From Candidatus Zixiibacteriota bacterium (GTDB lineage: Bacteria > Zixibacteria > MSB-5A5 > GN15 > JAAZOE01): 42,720 nt of DNA. Made by a program: the position numbers and the translations under genes. The notes under the pieces were generated by a model. That model did no database searches. It worked only from the letters and a program-made list of their open reading frames with translations, and was not told the origin of the DNA. Shown in pieces: positions 1 to 10,459 of this stretch. Within the stretch, counting starts at the first letter, position 1, and every line of letters begins with the position of its first letter. Where the stretch lies: assembly GCA_043819555.1 (NCBI GenBank), contig JBDREQ010000072.1:1-42720 (forward strand), written 5' to 3'.

Positions 1-98
1 AGAGTTGATGCGATTTGCCTGATCGAGCAGCCCGAGGCTGATAATCTGGAAATCTCACACCGCTCTTCAAGGTTAAATTGTTTGTATCTATGTCCCAT
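1..98 (-). CDS. IS30-family transposase, N-terminal fragment cut by the window edge
   Basis: My translation from the ATG at 98 gives MGHRYKQFNLEERCEISRLSASGCSIRQIAST…, matching the IS30 HTH start pattern (Y-x-Q-L-x-x-E-E-R…S-I-R-Q-I-A). It is absent from the ORF track because it is short. Confidence 0.8.
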   Translation of the reverse strand, partial: MGHRYKQFNLEERCEISRLSASGCSIRQIAST

Positions 99-139
99 AA
101 CACCTCTACGAGGTGTTGCACTTCGTTTGTGAACTTAGG
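1..139 (-). mobile_element. 5' end of an IS30-family insertion sequence (continues left of the window)
   Basis: Minus-strand end CCTAAGTTCACAAACGAAGTGCAACACC resembles IS30-family terminal repeats (…TTCA…TGCAAC) and is followed by a transposase N-terminus. The exact end base is uncertain. Confidence 0.75.
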
Positions 140-407
140 GGGGTTTGAATAGAATCATCTTCGCCCAATCGTCTGGATATAAATCGACCATAAAATCTAT
201 AACCCATCCATAGGATTAAGTAAGCCCCAAAAAACGGAATCAAAATGTTCATAGACTACCCTTAGCTTTAAAACAATAACTCGCAGAATTTTAGTTGCTC
301 GGCCTTATTAATATAACAATCTTATTCATACTCTCCAAACGGGATAATAAGATTTGAAACTATGCTTTTTAATATGCGTAATTATAGCTGAGAGGCAGAG
401 GAAATAT

Positions 408-1613
408 ATGGTCAAAAAACCGGAAATTAGAAGATTAATTATCCTCGCCATGATTTTATTGTATTGCCTGTCGGCATCTGGCGTTATCGGCGCATTTGAA
501 TTTTCCAACAGTGATCGTTATACGTTACCTCCCAATGACACAATTCCAGGCGATTTGTATATGACTTGCGGTGGAGCCTCGTTCCCATATTCCTGGACTC
601 GCTCCGATGCCGGTGGTCGCGGGGGGGCTTTTATAGACGGGACTATTCTGGGCGACCTTTCCATAGCCGGCGGGAAACTGAATTTTTCAGGATTGATTAA
701 GGGCAGCCTAAATTGCGCCAGCCAATCTACTTTTATAAAGGGTAATATTGAGCGTTCCGCGAGAGTTGCATGCCAGGAAATTACAGTTACCGGGGAGATA
801 GGCAATGACGCCGTGATTTTTGCCAGTCGAATCGAATTGGGCGTTTCATCCCGAATCAATAACGATGCCGCCATCACCGGCGGCGAAATTAGAATTCTTG
901 GCGATGTGGGACGGGATTTGATCATCCACGGAGATGAAGTTATCATTGCCGGGAAAATAGGCGGCGAACTTGATATTGAAGCAAACATCATAACAATTGA
1001 ATACCCTGCGGAAATTAGCGGAAATGTATCATACACCTGCCCCCAAAAAATAAGAATCGCGGATGATGTAATTATAGAAGGCGATGTCGAATGGCATCGG
1101 GTGGAAAAAGATGCTAAGGCAGATAGCGAAATTGACTGGTCGACCCGATTATTTTTTGCATTCTGCACGCTTATCGTAGGATTGATAATGATTCCGCTGC
1201 TTAATCGCCATACGCGGCTGGCGTCCGAACAAATCAGAAACAAGCCGCTTCAATGCCTGGGAACAGGTTTTGTTTTTGTCTGCGCCGCTCCGATTGCCGC
1301 GATTCTTTTGACTATTACGGTGATCGGAATACCGACTGCCCTCATTTTGATTTTTTTATATGCGCTCTTTGCCTATGTCGCCAAAATCTATTTCGCCATT
1401 TTTCTGGGATCATCTATAATTAATGCATTTCGCAAAGGGATCAAACCAAAACAAGGAATCGCGTTTATCCTCGGACTAATTGCCCTAACGTTTGCGTATT
1501 CAATGCCCGTCGCGGGGTGGATTATCTATTTTGGCTCTATGTTATTCGGCGCGGGTGCGATTTTACTTGGGGCCCATGAATGCCGCAGGCAGTCAGCATC
1601 CGATATTAGTTAA
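408..1613 (+). CDS. Bactofilin/polymer-forming-cytoskeletal-like beta-helix repeat protein with a C-terminal multi-TM domain
   Basis: N-terminal hydrophobic segment, repeated I-x-G-x-I-x-G-D/N-L units, and about 4-5 C-terminal TM helices. ATG 408 has an upstream GAGG/AGGA; the ORF is open from 354. The stop overlaps the ggt stop (TTAA 1610-1613). Confidence 0.7.
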   Translation: MVKKPEIRRLIILAMILLYCLSASGVIGAFEFSNSDRYTLPPNDTIPGDLYMTCGGASFPYSWTRSDAGGRGGAFIDGTILGDLSIAGGKLNFSGLIKGSLNCASQSTFIKGNIERSARVACQEITVTGEIGNDAVIFASRIELGVSSRINNDAAITGGEIRILGDVGRDLIIHGDEVIIAGKIGGELDIEANIITIEYPAEISGNVSYTCPQKIRIADDVIIEGDVEWHRVEKDAKADSEIDWSTRLFFAFCTLIVGLIMIPLLNRHTRLASEQIRNKPLQCLGTGFVFVCAAPIAAILLTITVIGIPTALILIFLYALFAYVAKIYFAIFLGSSIINAFRKGIKPKQGIAFILGLIALTFAYSMPVAGWIIYFGSMLFGAGAILLGAHECRRQSASDIS

Positions 1614-3322
1614 TATCCGCGAATTGTTGTCCCGTCCATGCGCATATCGGGAAAACTGGAAAAATAAAACGATTCCGGTGTAAATTCGGCGGCATTCACC
1701 GTACCTATAGATTCTATTTCCTCGACGATATGGCCCCTGGCAATCAAATCCTGAATTATCGCATTATCGAATGATTCCTTTTCTATAAATAAAATATCGG
1801 GCTGCCATTGATGATGGATGCGGGTGGTTTTTTCCGCTTCCCCAATACTCATACCGAATATCTTTTTATATATTATCATCTGAGCAATGGCAGAAATTAT
1901 TTTAGAACCTCCTCGGCTGCCAAGAGCCATATAAGGTTTGCCCTTTTTGAAAATGATGGTCGGCGTCATCGACGACAACATTCTTTTCCCCGGTTCTATT
2001 TTATTGGCTTCGCCTCCCACCAATCCAAAAGCGTTGGCCTGCCCCGGCTTGATAGCAAAATCATCCATTTCGTCATTCAGCAAAAAGCCGCATCCGTCAA
2101 CGACCGCCTTGCTCCCAAAAGGCATATTTATCGTGTAAGTCATTGAAACGATATTCCCAGAATTGTCAACTATTACAATATGGGTCGTTTCGGTCGGCTC
2201 GATGCTGCTCTTGGGAACGCCAGGTAAAATATCGGTTGAGGCCGAGGCGTGTGATTCATCTATTGATTGAATCCGTGTCATAAGATAGTTCTTATCAAGA
2301 AGCTCTTTTGAAAAATCCTGAATGTAATCCGGATCGCCGAGATATTTTTCGCGATCGGCAAACGCCCGTCGAGAGGCTTCTGTGTATAGATGGAGATATT
2401 GGGGAGAATCAGCCGTATATTTCTCCAGTTCAAATTTATCCAGAATCGATAAAATTTGACCCATGACAATACCACCCGATGAAGGCAATCCCGGGGCATA
2501 TATATCCAGGTCGCGAAACGTGAAACTGACCGGATCCCGCCATTTCGGATTATATGATTCCAAATCCTGCTCGGTAATAATGCCGCCATTAATGGCACAG
2601 TATTCGGAAATCTTACGGGCTACCAATCCGGTATAAAACCCGTCGCGACCATTTCGTTCGATTAAACCCAAAGTCAAGGCTAAGTCTTCTTGTATAAATT
2701 GGCTGCCTCGTATCGGAGCATGCCCATCTGTTAAAAATATTTCCGCGGTCGAGGGATACAATCCCAAATCATCCGCATATTCATTAATATAGGATTCAAA
2801 ATGACTGAGTACCGCAAATCCGGTGTCGGCCAGAAATCGAGCGGGCTGGACTAAGGATGACCATTGCGCCTTTCCAAATCGTTGATGCATTTCATACAAA
2901 CCCGCGACAGTTCCGGGCGCCCCCGCCGATAGAGGCCCAATGATAGCCTTATCCCTGTCGACATTTCCAAGAGTATCAAAATACATCTCCGATCTAATAC
3001 CGGATGGAGCCGTCTCTCTGAAATCAAGGAACTTCACTTCCTGAGATTCGGCCGAATAGACGAGGGCAAAACCGCCGCCACCGATATTACCGGCCCGAGG
3101 GAGGGTTACGGCAAGCGCAAATGCGGCCGCGCAGGCGGCATCAACCGCGTTTCCTCCCGATTTCAAAATATTGAGACCAATGTCCGCAGCATAGGGATCC
3201 GAGCAGACAACAATACCATTTCTATAAATGTTTTGCGCCGCCATTTGTTCACATGATGAAAAACAGATTAGGGTGAGTATTAATGCTGTCGAAATTGAAA
3301 GAAAACCGATTTTTACATTCAT
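1610..3322 (-). CDS. ggt: Gamma-glutamyltransferase (possible lipoprotein, FSSC)
   Basis: Motifs GGNAVDAA, GNIGGGGF, DFRETAP, ETTH (autocleavage Thr), LNDEMDDF and KRMLSSMTP. Start is 3322 or 3328. Confidence 0.93.
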   Translation of the reverse strand: MNVKIGFLSISTALILTLICFSSCEQMAAQNIYRNGIVVCSDPYAADIGLNILKSGGNAVDAACAAAFALAVTLPRAGNIGGGGFALVYSAESQEVKFLDFRETAPSGIRSEMYFDTLGNVDRDKAIIGPLSAGAPGTVAGLYEMHQRFGKAQWSSLVQPARFLADTGFAVLSHFESYINEYADDLGLYPSTAEIFLTDGHAPIRGSQFIQEDLALTLGLIERNGRDGFYTGLVARKISEYCAINGGIITEQDLESYNPKWRDPVSFTFRDLDIYAPGLPSSGGIVMGQILSILDKFELEKYTADSPQYLHLYTEASRRAFADREKYLGDPDYIQDFSKELLDKNYLMTRIQSIDESHASASTDILPGVPKSSIEPTETTHIVIVDNSGNIVSMTYTINMPFGSKAVVDGCGFLLNDEMDDFAIKPGQANAFGLVGGEANKIEPGKRMLSSMTPTIIFKKGKPYMALGSRGGSKIISAIAQMIIYKKIFGMSIGEAEKTTRIHHQWQPDILFIEKESFDNAIIQDLIARGHIVEEIESIGTVNAAEFTPESFYFSSFPDMRMDGTTIRGY

Positions 3323-3340
3323 AAACATTCTCCAAATTTC

Positions 3341-3371
3341 AAAAAAAAAGCAACCGATTTTCGGCTGCTTT
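3341..3371 (-). terminator. Intrinsic terminator after the GH35-fold gene
   Basis: Minus strand AAAGCAGCCGA-AAA-TCGGTTGCTTT running into a 9-T tract. Confidence 0.75.
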
Positions 3372-3391
3372 CATTATCAATCGACACCATA

Positions 3392-5593
3392 TTATTTAGA
3401 TATCAATAACATTTTGGCATCAGGGAAATCTATATTTAGAGATATTCCATTTTTCAATTCATCCACGCTGGTTTTTATTGGCTCATCACGCTCTGCCGGA
3501 TCCTCAGCATCGTTATTGCCAAATTGATCAATCAATTTAATTTTCGCCCCCTTGAATCCCATTTTGCGGAGATCAATGCGCAGTAGAATATCCTTGCTCC
3601 TCATATCAGTCGCATCACTCAAATCGCCAGCCGGTGGAGCCAATAAATACAAAACAAATTTCTTATCGTTTTTGTGCAAAACCACTTCAACATTGGGATC
3701 CGAGACGTAGATCGGGCTGGATAATTTTGCCATCTCAAGAATTTCTTCAAGATGTTTTAGTTTTCTAAAATCACCGCCCGACGCTATATCATAACTGAAG
3801 AAAAATACCTTACCCTTAAGCCTCGAGGATAATACACCAACCGTTTTTCCATTGGCGGTAGCAAGTTTTTTATTTTTGGCATCGGTAGTTCTTATGGTAC
3901 CGTAAATATATGACAAAAATGTTTCGGACTTTCCAAAATCTATCGAGCCGATGCCTTCGCCAAGCGTAGTTTTTATTCGAAGCTTTTTGGAAATCAGCGA
4001 TAAGTCTTTGCCCATTTCATCATATTTAGGCATCAAACCAACCAAAATAACATTAATTCCCTTCTCGGCTAACTTAATTATATTCTCTTGCGCTTCCTTG
4101 GACATAAATTCGCACACGGGGATCAGAATTGTTTTGAATCCATGCAGCTTTTCAGCGTCAGATATATCGCCAATTCCGTAATCAAAACACAGCCGGCTAA
4201 AATCGCGACACGCGCCGTTAAAAGTTTCTCGCAATAACCTTCCAACATAACAAAACGCGCTGGTTTTTTCAAATTCAGACAGCCATTGATAAGGCCGATA
4301 AAACGCTGCCGCCAGGGAATTATCCGGCTTGATTACATTAACTCCCATTTTGGGTATAGCAATATTCAATCTCTTGATTATTTCAAAGCCGACTCCGATT
4401 GCTCCATCGTGATCGATAGGGGCGCCATACCAATGGTCGCGATTAACAAACATATAATGATTGAAACCTTTAAATCCACCAGCCAATCCGGCCGCAATAA
4501 AGAACCTTCTCCGACCATCAGTTATGGGAAACATGTGCTCTGATTCCTTTTTATCAGAGGTCATACTTCCGGATATGAACGAAGGCGCCCATGCAAATGG
4601 AGTCATTGTCCGCATAAAACGGGCTTTTTGCATGAGATCAAAGGCGGTACCGTCGGGAAATACTGATGCCCCCAATAAATGCTCTTCATCACCTTCTAAC
4701 TTCAGCGAAAATGCGGGCAATGGCTGCTCTTTTTTAAAATACAGTGACCGGAAGAAAAACGGCAAAACTGTGTAGGATTTGAATAAATCCTCCATGCCGC
4801 TTAGAAATTCAGATAAATACCATTCCTTAAATAGAAACCAGTCAAAAACCTTTGGCATGTTCTTTATATCAAATCCGGCAAAATCCCGAGGCGGTTCGAC
4901 ATTAATGAAATCCTTATTCTTCTCCTTATATAAAGAATTTAAGTTTTTTATTTCGCCATATTTCTGATCCAAAAATGCGGGATAAAGCGCTTTGATAACA
5001 TAGTCATTATAATCGGCATCGCCGGCGCCAGTACGATGACAGAATGATGTCTCAAAATCAAATTCAACCATGAATACCGGGCCGCGAGGATGTATATAAT
5101 TGCGCGTGGTTTCAATCAGATTCTTAAAATAGTTCTTGAGATAATGCTGAAAATGCGGATGCATATAACTGACCAACTTACCGCCGGCAACCCCCGTGGA
5201 GTCAGTCAAAATAATTTCCTCATCTCTGGCATTGCGAGCCAAAAGCTCCGAATCGCTGATGACAAAATCAGGAATTCCACCGTTTTTCCATTGCCCTGAT
5301 ATCCAGGGCCCCGGCCGCAAAATCACCTTGAATCCAAATTCTCTCGCCAATTCTAAAAAAACGATTAAATCTTTGCGCGAATCCTGAAAACCGTTAAAAT
5401 CTATGTCTTTGTTTCGGCCCTGATGTAAATTCCATGGTACGGCAGTAGAAATAATTCTAAATCCTGCCCTCTTGATTTTCTCGAAGCATACCGACCAATA
5501 TCTTTTTTCGATCCGGAAATAATGCATTTCCACAGAAAATGGGTAGTAAATGTCTTTTCCGATTGTTAACCGGTTTTGATCAACACCTAACAT
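3392..5593 (-). CDS. GH35/GH42-type beta-galactosidase-fold protein, possibly non-catalytic
   Basis: Motifs EMHYFR, VPWNLH, LRPGPW…GGIP and NHYMF, plus a C-terminal trimerisation-like domain. Several conserved active-site residues appear substituted. No signal peptide. Confidence 0.8.
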   Translation of the reverse strand: MLGVDQNRLTIGKDIYYPFSVEMHYFRIEKRYWSVCFEKIKRAGFRIISTAVPWNLHQGRNKDIDFNGFQDSRKDLIVFLELAREFGFKVILRPGPWISGQWKNGGIPDFVISDSELLARNARDEEIILTDSTGVAGGKLVSYMHPHFQHYLKNYFKNLIETTRNYIHPRGPVFMVEFDFETSFCHRTGAGDADYNDYVIKALYPAFLDQKYGEIKNLNSLYKEKNKDFINVEPPRDFAGFDIKNMPKVFDWFLFKEWYLSEFLSGMEDLFKSYTVLPFFFRSLYFKKEQPLPAFSLKLEGDEEHLLGASVFPDGTAFDLMQKARFMRTMTPFAWAPSFISGSMTSDKKESEHMFPITDGRRRFFIAAGLAGGFKGFNHYMFVNRDHWYGAPIDHDGAIGVGFEIIKRLNIAIPKMGVNVIKPDNSLAAAFYRPYQWLSEFEKTSAFCYVGRLLRETFNGACRDFSRLCFDYGIGDISDAEKLHGFKTILIPVCEFMSKEAQENIIKLAEKGINVILVGLMPKYDEMGKDLSLISKKLRIKTTLGEGIGSIDFGKSETFLSYIYGTIRTTDAKNKKLATANGKTVGVLSSRLKGKVFFFSYDIASGGDFRKLKHLEEILEMAKLSSPIYVSDPNVEVVLHKNDKKFVLYLLAPPAGDLSDATDMRSKDILLRIDLRKMGFKGAKIKLIDQFGNNDAEDPAERDEPIKTSVDELKNGISLNIDFPDAKMLLISK

Positions 5594-5648
5594 ATAACTC
5601 CTTGATTTTCAACGATATAAAAAAATTGGCCTTTTGAGCCGTGATATG

Positions 5649-5677
5649 ATACTAACAAAATTAGCCCGAAAAGTCAA
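5649..5677 (-). promoter_or_regulatory. Sigma70-type promoter for the GH35-fold gene
   Basis: TTGACT-N17-TAGTAT with a TGn extension and an upstream T-tract. Confidence 0.6.
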
Positions 5678-5946
5678 TAAAAAACATTTTTTGCGACCGC
5701 TTTCCGTCCCACAAGTCTTTATGGTACAAAAAGTTTTGCTGTATGGTCTTGAATCGTATAATGTTCCAATAGTGTTTTTTATTACTCTCCAAAAAAAATA
5801 TAAAGGATTTATCATGAGAATTATAAGTTATTATTGGATAGTTGTTTGCAGTAAATCTCATATAATGGCGCATCGTTTATATATCTCATTGTATCTTAAC
5901 TAGTTATAAAAATCAAAAATGATGGTCATTAATATATTCGGAGACG

Positions 5947-8900
5947 CTATTTCAATAAAATCATTTTCTTTATTTCTTTAAGTTCTTTTGAATCAAAACG
6001 ATACAGGTAAATCCCCGACGATACTGGATGCCCGCGAGTATTTTTGCCATCCCAGATCAGTTCGTGATATCCTGCGGGATATTGTTCATCGGCCAAAACT
6101 CGGATTAATTGACCTACTATATTATAGATATCCAATCTTACATGACCCTGTTGTCCTATTGTAAATCCAATAGTTGTCGCCGGATTAAAGGGATTGGGGT
6201 AATTCTGTTCCAGATTGTATATCATGGGGAGGTTTTCTTCGTTGCCGGCGATTGACGGATTAAGATATGCAACGGGAAAGCAAATTTCGCCTTCAAACTC
6301 AGTTTCAATTTGATTTCCATTATAATCCAAAAACCCAAAAGATCCTGCGCTTGAGATCGAATCAAAGCATATCGTTTTAACTTCATCGCCCACAACTCCA
6401 CCCGGAATAAAATTGACCGCAAATTGATATTGAGGGAAACCCGGTGGAAGTCCGCCATTAATCGAATTCACTGACGATGCCGAGAAGCCGAAGTCGTCTG
6501 AATCAAGCCCATCGATATCATTTTCAGTAACGATTAAACCACTCGATATCGGCCAGACAATTTCATGATCTTCCATTCTGCTTTTTTCAATCAGGGTCAC
6601 AGCATTGGTAAGCGGTCCCAAGCCATCCGATTGAGCATCATATATCCAAGAGACCCCATCGGGGGAATAAATCTCTATTCCAAATTGAATGCCCCCAATT
6701 TTCGCGGGATTTTCGATGCCAATTAATAATTGATAGCTTCGGTCGGAACCATCGACATATATAGTATCATTATCGCCCAGGATTTTGTCATCGGCTTTAT
6801 CATAAATGGCCAGACTTACCGAATTAAATGCCGCTTGCACCGAATTCAGTTTTACTAAAGGCATATAAACAAATTCGCTGTTTCCGTTGATAATTTTGTT
6901 GTCCATTAAATCTGTTTTAAGCGGGCCGGTGCGAATGCGCCAGTCAAGTCCGAATTCACCCATATTCCCGACTTTAGCGGTATCAAATATTATACTTGAT
7001 GAGCGCGACCAAATCGTATCAATATCAATCGCGGTGTCATCATAGCTGAAGTAGGCAGTGAAATAATCATGCCGGCCTGAGTCAAGATAAGTACTGTTGA
7101 AAAATATAAATCCGGCATACAGATAAGAACTGTCGTTTGAAGCAAAAGTTGTTTTGTAATCGGTGGCGGTCAGGGGCAAATGCATCACAATCGAATCGCA
7201 GTTTATCCAGTTTTCCGACCATTTAAAACCGGTCCCCCCGGCGCCGACGGCCGAATCATTATATATTTGTGAAGTGACCGAAAAACCTTCAGGCGAACCA
7301 TCCCAAAAACCGCCTGAAATTTGAATTGTATCGGCATCGCCGGGATCATTGTCATCGCGGCCAACGTCATAAACGGTGATGACAATCACTTCCGAATCGA
7401 CATCATAACTATCGCGGGCATAAAAAATGACAGTTATTAGTTGAGATCCAGATTCAACTTGATTGAAATCGGGAGAAAATTCAAAAATCGCGGCTCCGTT
7501 TCCAAAATCGACAAATGACGCGTTTCCGTTAAAAATGGAATCGTCAAGTTTCGGTGACATTGATAACGACGGGATTATCTCTTCGGCATCACTTCCGGTA
7601 ATTTGTATCTCCAGCTTCCGGCCCTCATAAACAAAATGACCTCCGATCTCATCAAGCACCGGAGGGAAATCTCCTTCATTAACGGTTATCGTAACCGTTA
7701 GCTTACTGGAAGCATAATCCGGCGACCCATCTATACTATCGGTGGCAAGGAATTCAACATCATAAATACCAGCCTGAGTCGGCCCCGGAATGAACGTAAA
7801 TTCTCCGGTCGATTCATCAAATGTGCTATTGGGCAGAGTATCCAGCATGAACAAATGTACATCGGCCCCCTCCGGGTCAGAGGCCGAAACTGTAAAATTG
7901 AGAATTTCCCCTTCAGCGACCGCTTGCGAATCTAACGGAATAAATTCAGGCTGCTGGTTGCCAATCTCAGTAACCGTTATTCCGACGATAGCCGTATCCG
8001 TAAATAATCCATCGTAGGCCATAAAATATACGTTATAAGTTCCGGCCTGAGTATAATCGGGGCGGAACCTATATATGGCCGTATCGCCTCCATCATATAT
8101 AAAATCACTGTTGGTTGGCATTGAATCTGCGGACAGTACAACTCCAATACTGTTAGGGTCAGTTGCAACGACAAAAAAGGTCAGAGTATCATTTTCGGGA
8201 ATCTCTTTATCAGTTATTGGCTCAATCACGGGCGGCTCATTAGGACCAATAACCGTTATCACTGCAGTTTCCGAGACAATCTCGATTCCATCGCTGGCGT
8301 AGAACGTCACTGCAGTATCGGCCGAGCCGGTTCCATATTGGGTTTCGTCCGGAGTAAAGGAAAATAACCCGGTTCCATCGCCGTTATCTATAAATGAAGA
8401 ATTATTTGGAAGCGGCAACGATGTTGTAATAGATGGAAATGTCCCATCAGGATCGGAAGTCGTCACTGTAAAGGACAGATCGGTGCGCTCAACTACTGTT
8501 TTTGGCTCAATTGGTTCAATTGATGGAGTTTGATTTCCCGCGTCAATGACTGTTATACGTACGACAGCCGAATCGGTGTTATCCGGGTCATAGGCATAAA
8601 ACCAAACATCATATTCTCCGGCCTGCGTGTAATCGGGAGCGAATTCAAACGTTCCCCTGCCATTGTGACTGGTAGGAAAAATCGCGTTTTCGGGTAAATA
8701 TGCAGCACTTATCGAAGGAAGATCACCATCGGGGTCCGTGGCAGTAACGTCGAATATCAGACTATCTCCTTCAACGACCGATGTATCCGGTATGGGGTCA
8801 AGAATCGGAGAAGGATTGGAATCAAGAACCGTAATCGTCACATTAAAAGAATCCTGATCGGTTCCATCGTGGGCATAAAACGTAATAGGATAATCTCTAT

Positions 8901-9192
8901 CGTTATCATATCCTGTTGAAAATGTAAATGATCCCATGCCATTACCGCTATCGACAAAAAAGGCATTGCCCTTGAACATAGGATCAAGATCCGAGGGCGA
9001 CGTCCAGAGATTGATAACGTCTCCAGTGTCAGTATCGGTTGATTCAATTTTCCAAACCAACTCTGTCGTTTCAATAATCGTCGTATCGCTAATCGGAGTT
9101 ATAACCGGCGGATTATTTTGAGCCGTGGCAATTGCCGGGATTGAAAAAAGGGCGATGACGAAAACAGCAATTTTAAAAAATTTCCAACTCAT
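5947..9192 (-). CDS. Secreted protein: six cadherin/Ig-like repeats, a cohesin-like domain, shared domain X, and a C-terminal FlgD-Ig/T9SS-A-type domain
   Basis: Signal peptide ending ATA-Q; six N-x-x-P-x-(I/L)-x-P-I…F-x-P-D-x-x-Q-A-G repeats; C-terminus LEQNYPNPFNP…WDG…SGIYLYR…KKMILLK. ORF open from 9207. Confidence 0.85.
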   Translation of the reverse strand: MSWKFFKIAVFVIALFSIPAIATAQNNPPVITPISDTTIIETTELVWKIESTDTDTGDVINLWTSPSDLDPMFKGNAFFVDSGNGMGSFTFSTGYDNDRDYPITFYAHDGTDQDSFNVTITVLDSNPSPILDPIPDTSVVEGDSLIFDVTATDPDGDLPSISAAYLPENAIFPTSHNGRGTFEFAPDYTQAGEYDVWFYAYDPDNTDSAVVRITVIDAGNQTPSIEPIEPKTVVERTDLSFTVTTSDPDGTFPSITTSLPLPNNSSFIDNGDGTGLFSFTPDETQYGTGSADTAVTFYASDGIEIVSETAVITVIGPNEPPVIEPITDKEIPENDTLTFFVVATDPNSIGVVLSADSMPTNSDFIYDGGDTAIYRFRPDYTQAGTYNVYFMAYDGLFTDTAIVGITVTEIGNQQPEFIPLDSQAVAEGEILNFTVSASDPEGADVHLFMLDTLPNSTFDESTGEFTFIPGPTQAGIYDVEFLATDSIDGSPDYASSKLTVTITVNEGDFPPVLDEIGGHFVYEGRKLEIQITGSDAEEIIPSLSMSPKLDDSIFNGNASFVDFGNGAAIFEFSPDFNQVESGSQLITVIFYARDSYDVDSEVIVITVYDVGRDDNDPGDADTIQISGGFWDGSPEGFSVTSQIYNDSAVGAGGTGFKWSENWINCDSIVMHLPLTATDYKTTFASNDSSYLYAGFIFFNSTYLDSGRHDYFTAYFSYDDTAIDIDTIWSRSSSIIFDTAKVGNMGEFGLDWRIRTGPLKTDLMDNKIINGNSEFVYMPLVKLNSVQAAFNSVSLAIYDKADDKILGDNDTIYVDGSDRSYQLLIGIENPAKIGGIQFGIEIYSPDGVSWIYDAQSDGLGPLTNAVTLIEKSRMEDHEIVWPISSGLIVTENDIDGLDSDDFGFSASSVNSINGGLPPGFPQYQFAVNFIPGGVVGDEVKTICFDSISSAGSFGFLDYNGNQIETEFEGEICFPVAYLNPSIAGNEENLPMIYNLEQNYPNPFNPATTIGFTIGQQGHVRLDIYNIVGQLIRVLADEQYPAGYHELIWDGKNTRGHPVSSGIYLYRFDSKELKEIKKMILLK

Positions 9193-9333
9193 ATTTTCAA
9201 GAACCAAACATCCGTTTACTCAAATTAACCTATTCCGGAGTATAGTCAATAGTATTATACAATATTCGCCAATCAAGGATTAATATTGTAACATCTGATG
9301 CAAAATTGATTGAACTGTCTCCAATCATACCAT

Positions 9334-9366
9334 AAAAAAAGCCCTCTCAAATATGGGAGGGCTTTT
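9334..9366 (-). terminator. Intrinsic terminator after the 319-aa gene
   Basis: Minus strand AAAAGCCCTCCC-ATATTT-GAGAGGGCTTTTTTT. Confidence 0.8.
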
Positions 9367-9384
9367 GAAAAAAATCATGAAAAC

Positions 9385-10344
9385 TTATCGCATCAAAACC
9401 ATTTTACGGGTTTCGACATATTCATCGGTAACCATTTTGTAAAAATAAATACCGGATGCGACTTCGTGACCGCTGTCATCATCGCCGTGCCATTCGATAA
9501 AATGGTTGCCGGCTTCAATTTCGCCACTGACCAGCGTATTTACTCTCTGACCAAGAATATTGAATACAGCAATATCAACCTGGCTCTTTCGGGCCAGTGA
9601 ATAATCAATACCGGTCACCGGGTTAAACGGGTTGGGATAATTCTGCTCCAGGCCGTATGTGTAAGCGATGGCGGGGTTATCACCTGCCGCTTGGCTCGCA
9701 GATTGTTCAACCATTACATTAATAGCGCCGCTAAATGCTGCAGCAATACCTCCACCACCCAGATCTACAAAAGTCCAGTCTCCGCTGGCGCCAATCTTGG
9801 AAGAATCAATAGTAAAATCAACAGCATTTCCCGGAACATCAAGAGAGAAGTTAAAATTGAACATATGTTCCATGGGGCCCACAATGAGACCGTTCCATAA
9901 GGCCACTCCGCCCAGAATAATTGAATCCGGAGCGATAGAATCAACATCTTGCTCGGTAACATAAAGACCTGTCATATCAAATGAACCCGTTGTGCCTGAT
10001 TCCGGCTTAAAACGGCTGGCACCCTCCACGGTAATGGCCCAGTCATCCTGACCGCCTGCTCCCCATCCGCCAGTTTGCGGTTCCCAGTTGACATTTATAG
10101 CAGCATCGCCTTTGAAAACCAAACCGAGGGACATGCCGCCCAGTATCACATCATTTTCAAGCGACATTTCAACTCGATACATTATAGGGTTGCCATCACC
10201 ATCCTGGGCGTAAATAGTTGAGCCATTGGTTTCATAGACACCGTCGGTAACATTATACAATGCGACAGCAACCGAATCAGCCGCCTGTGAAACGCCAAAT
10301 GACATTAACAAAACGGTTAAAAACGTTAACATTAAAATTCTCAT
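9385..10344 (-). CDS. Secreted protein: single domain X (divergent cohesin-like) plus C-terminal FlgD-Ig/T9SS-A-type domain
   Basis: Signal peptide ending SQA-A; GGAGG RBS; LEQNYPNPFNP…SGIYFYK…RKMVLMR. Confidence 0.85.
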   Translation of the reverse strand: MRILMLTFLTVLLMSFGVSQAADSVAVALYNVTDGVYETNGSTIYAQDGDGNPIMYRVEMSLENDVILGGMSLGLVFKGDAAINVNWEPQTGGWGAGGQDDWAITVEGASRFKPESGTTGSFDMTGLYVTEQDVDSIAPDSIILGGVALWNGLIVGPMEHMFNFNFSLDVPGNAVDFTIDSSKIGASGDWTFVDLGGGGIAAAFSGAINVMVEQSASQAAGDNPAIAYTYGLEQNYPNPFNPVTGIDYSLARKSQVDIAVFNILGQRVNTLVSGEIEAGNHFIEWHGDDDSGHEVASGIYFYKMVTDEYVETRKMVLMR

Positions 10345-10459
10345 ACGCTCATGCCTCCATGCGCATTCTTTTTTGCGCTCATTGTTTTAAATTCTTAATT
10401 ACTTTCCATTTTGCTTTTTCTCATACTTAAGGACGCATGTGAAAAAGATACGTCAAATG

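Noticed and set aside
518..1243. 241-aa minus-strand ORF
   Set aside because: Antisense shadow of the repeat-rich 408-1613 gene.
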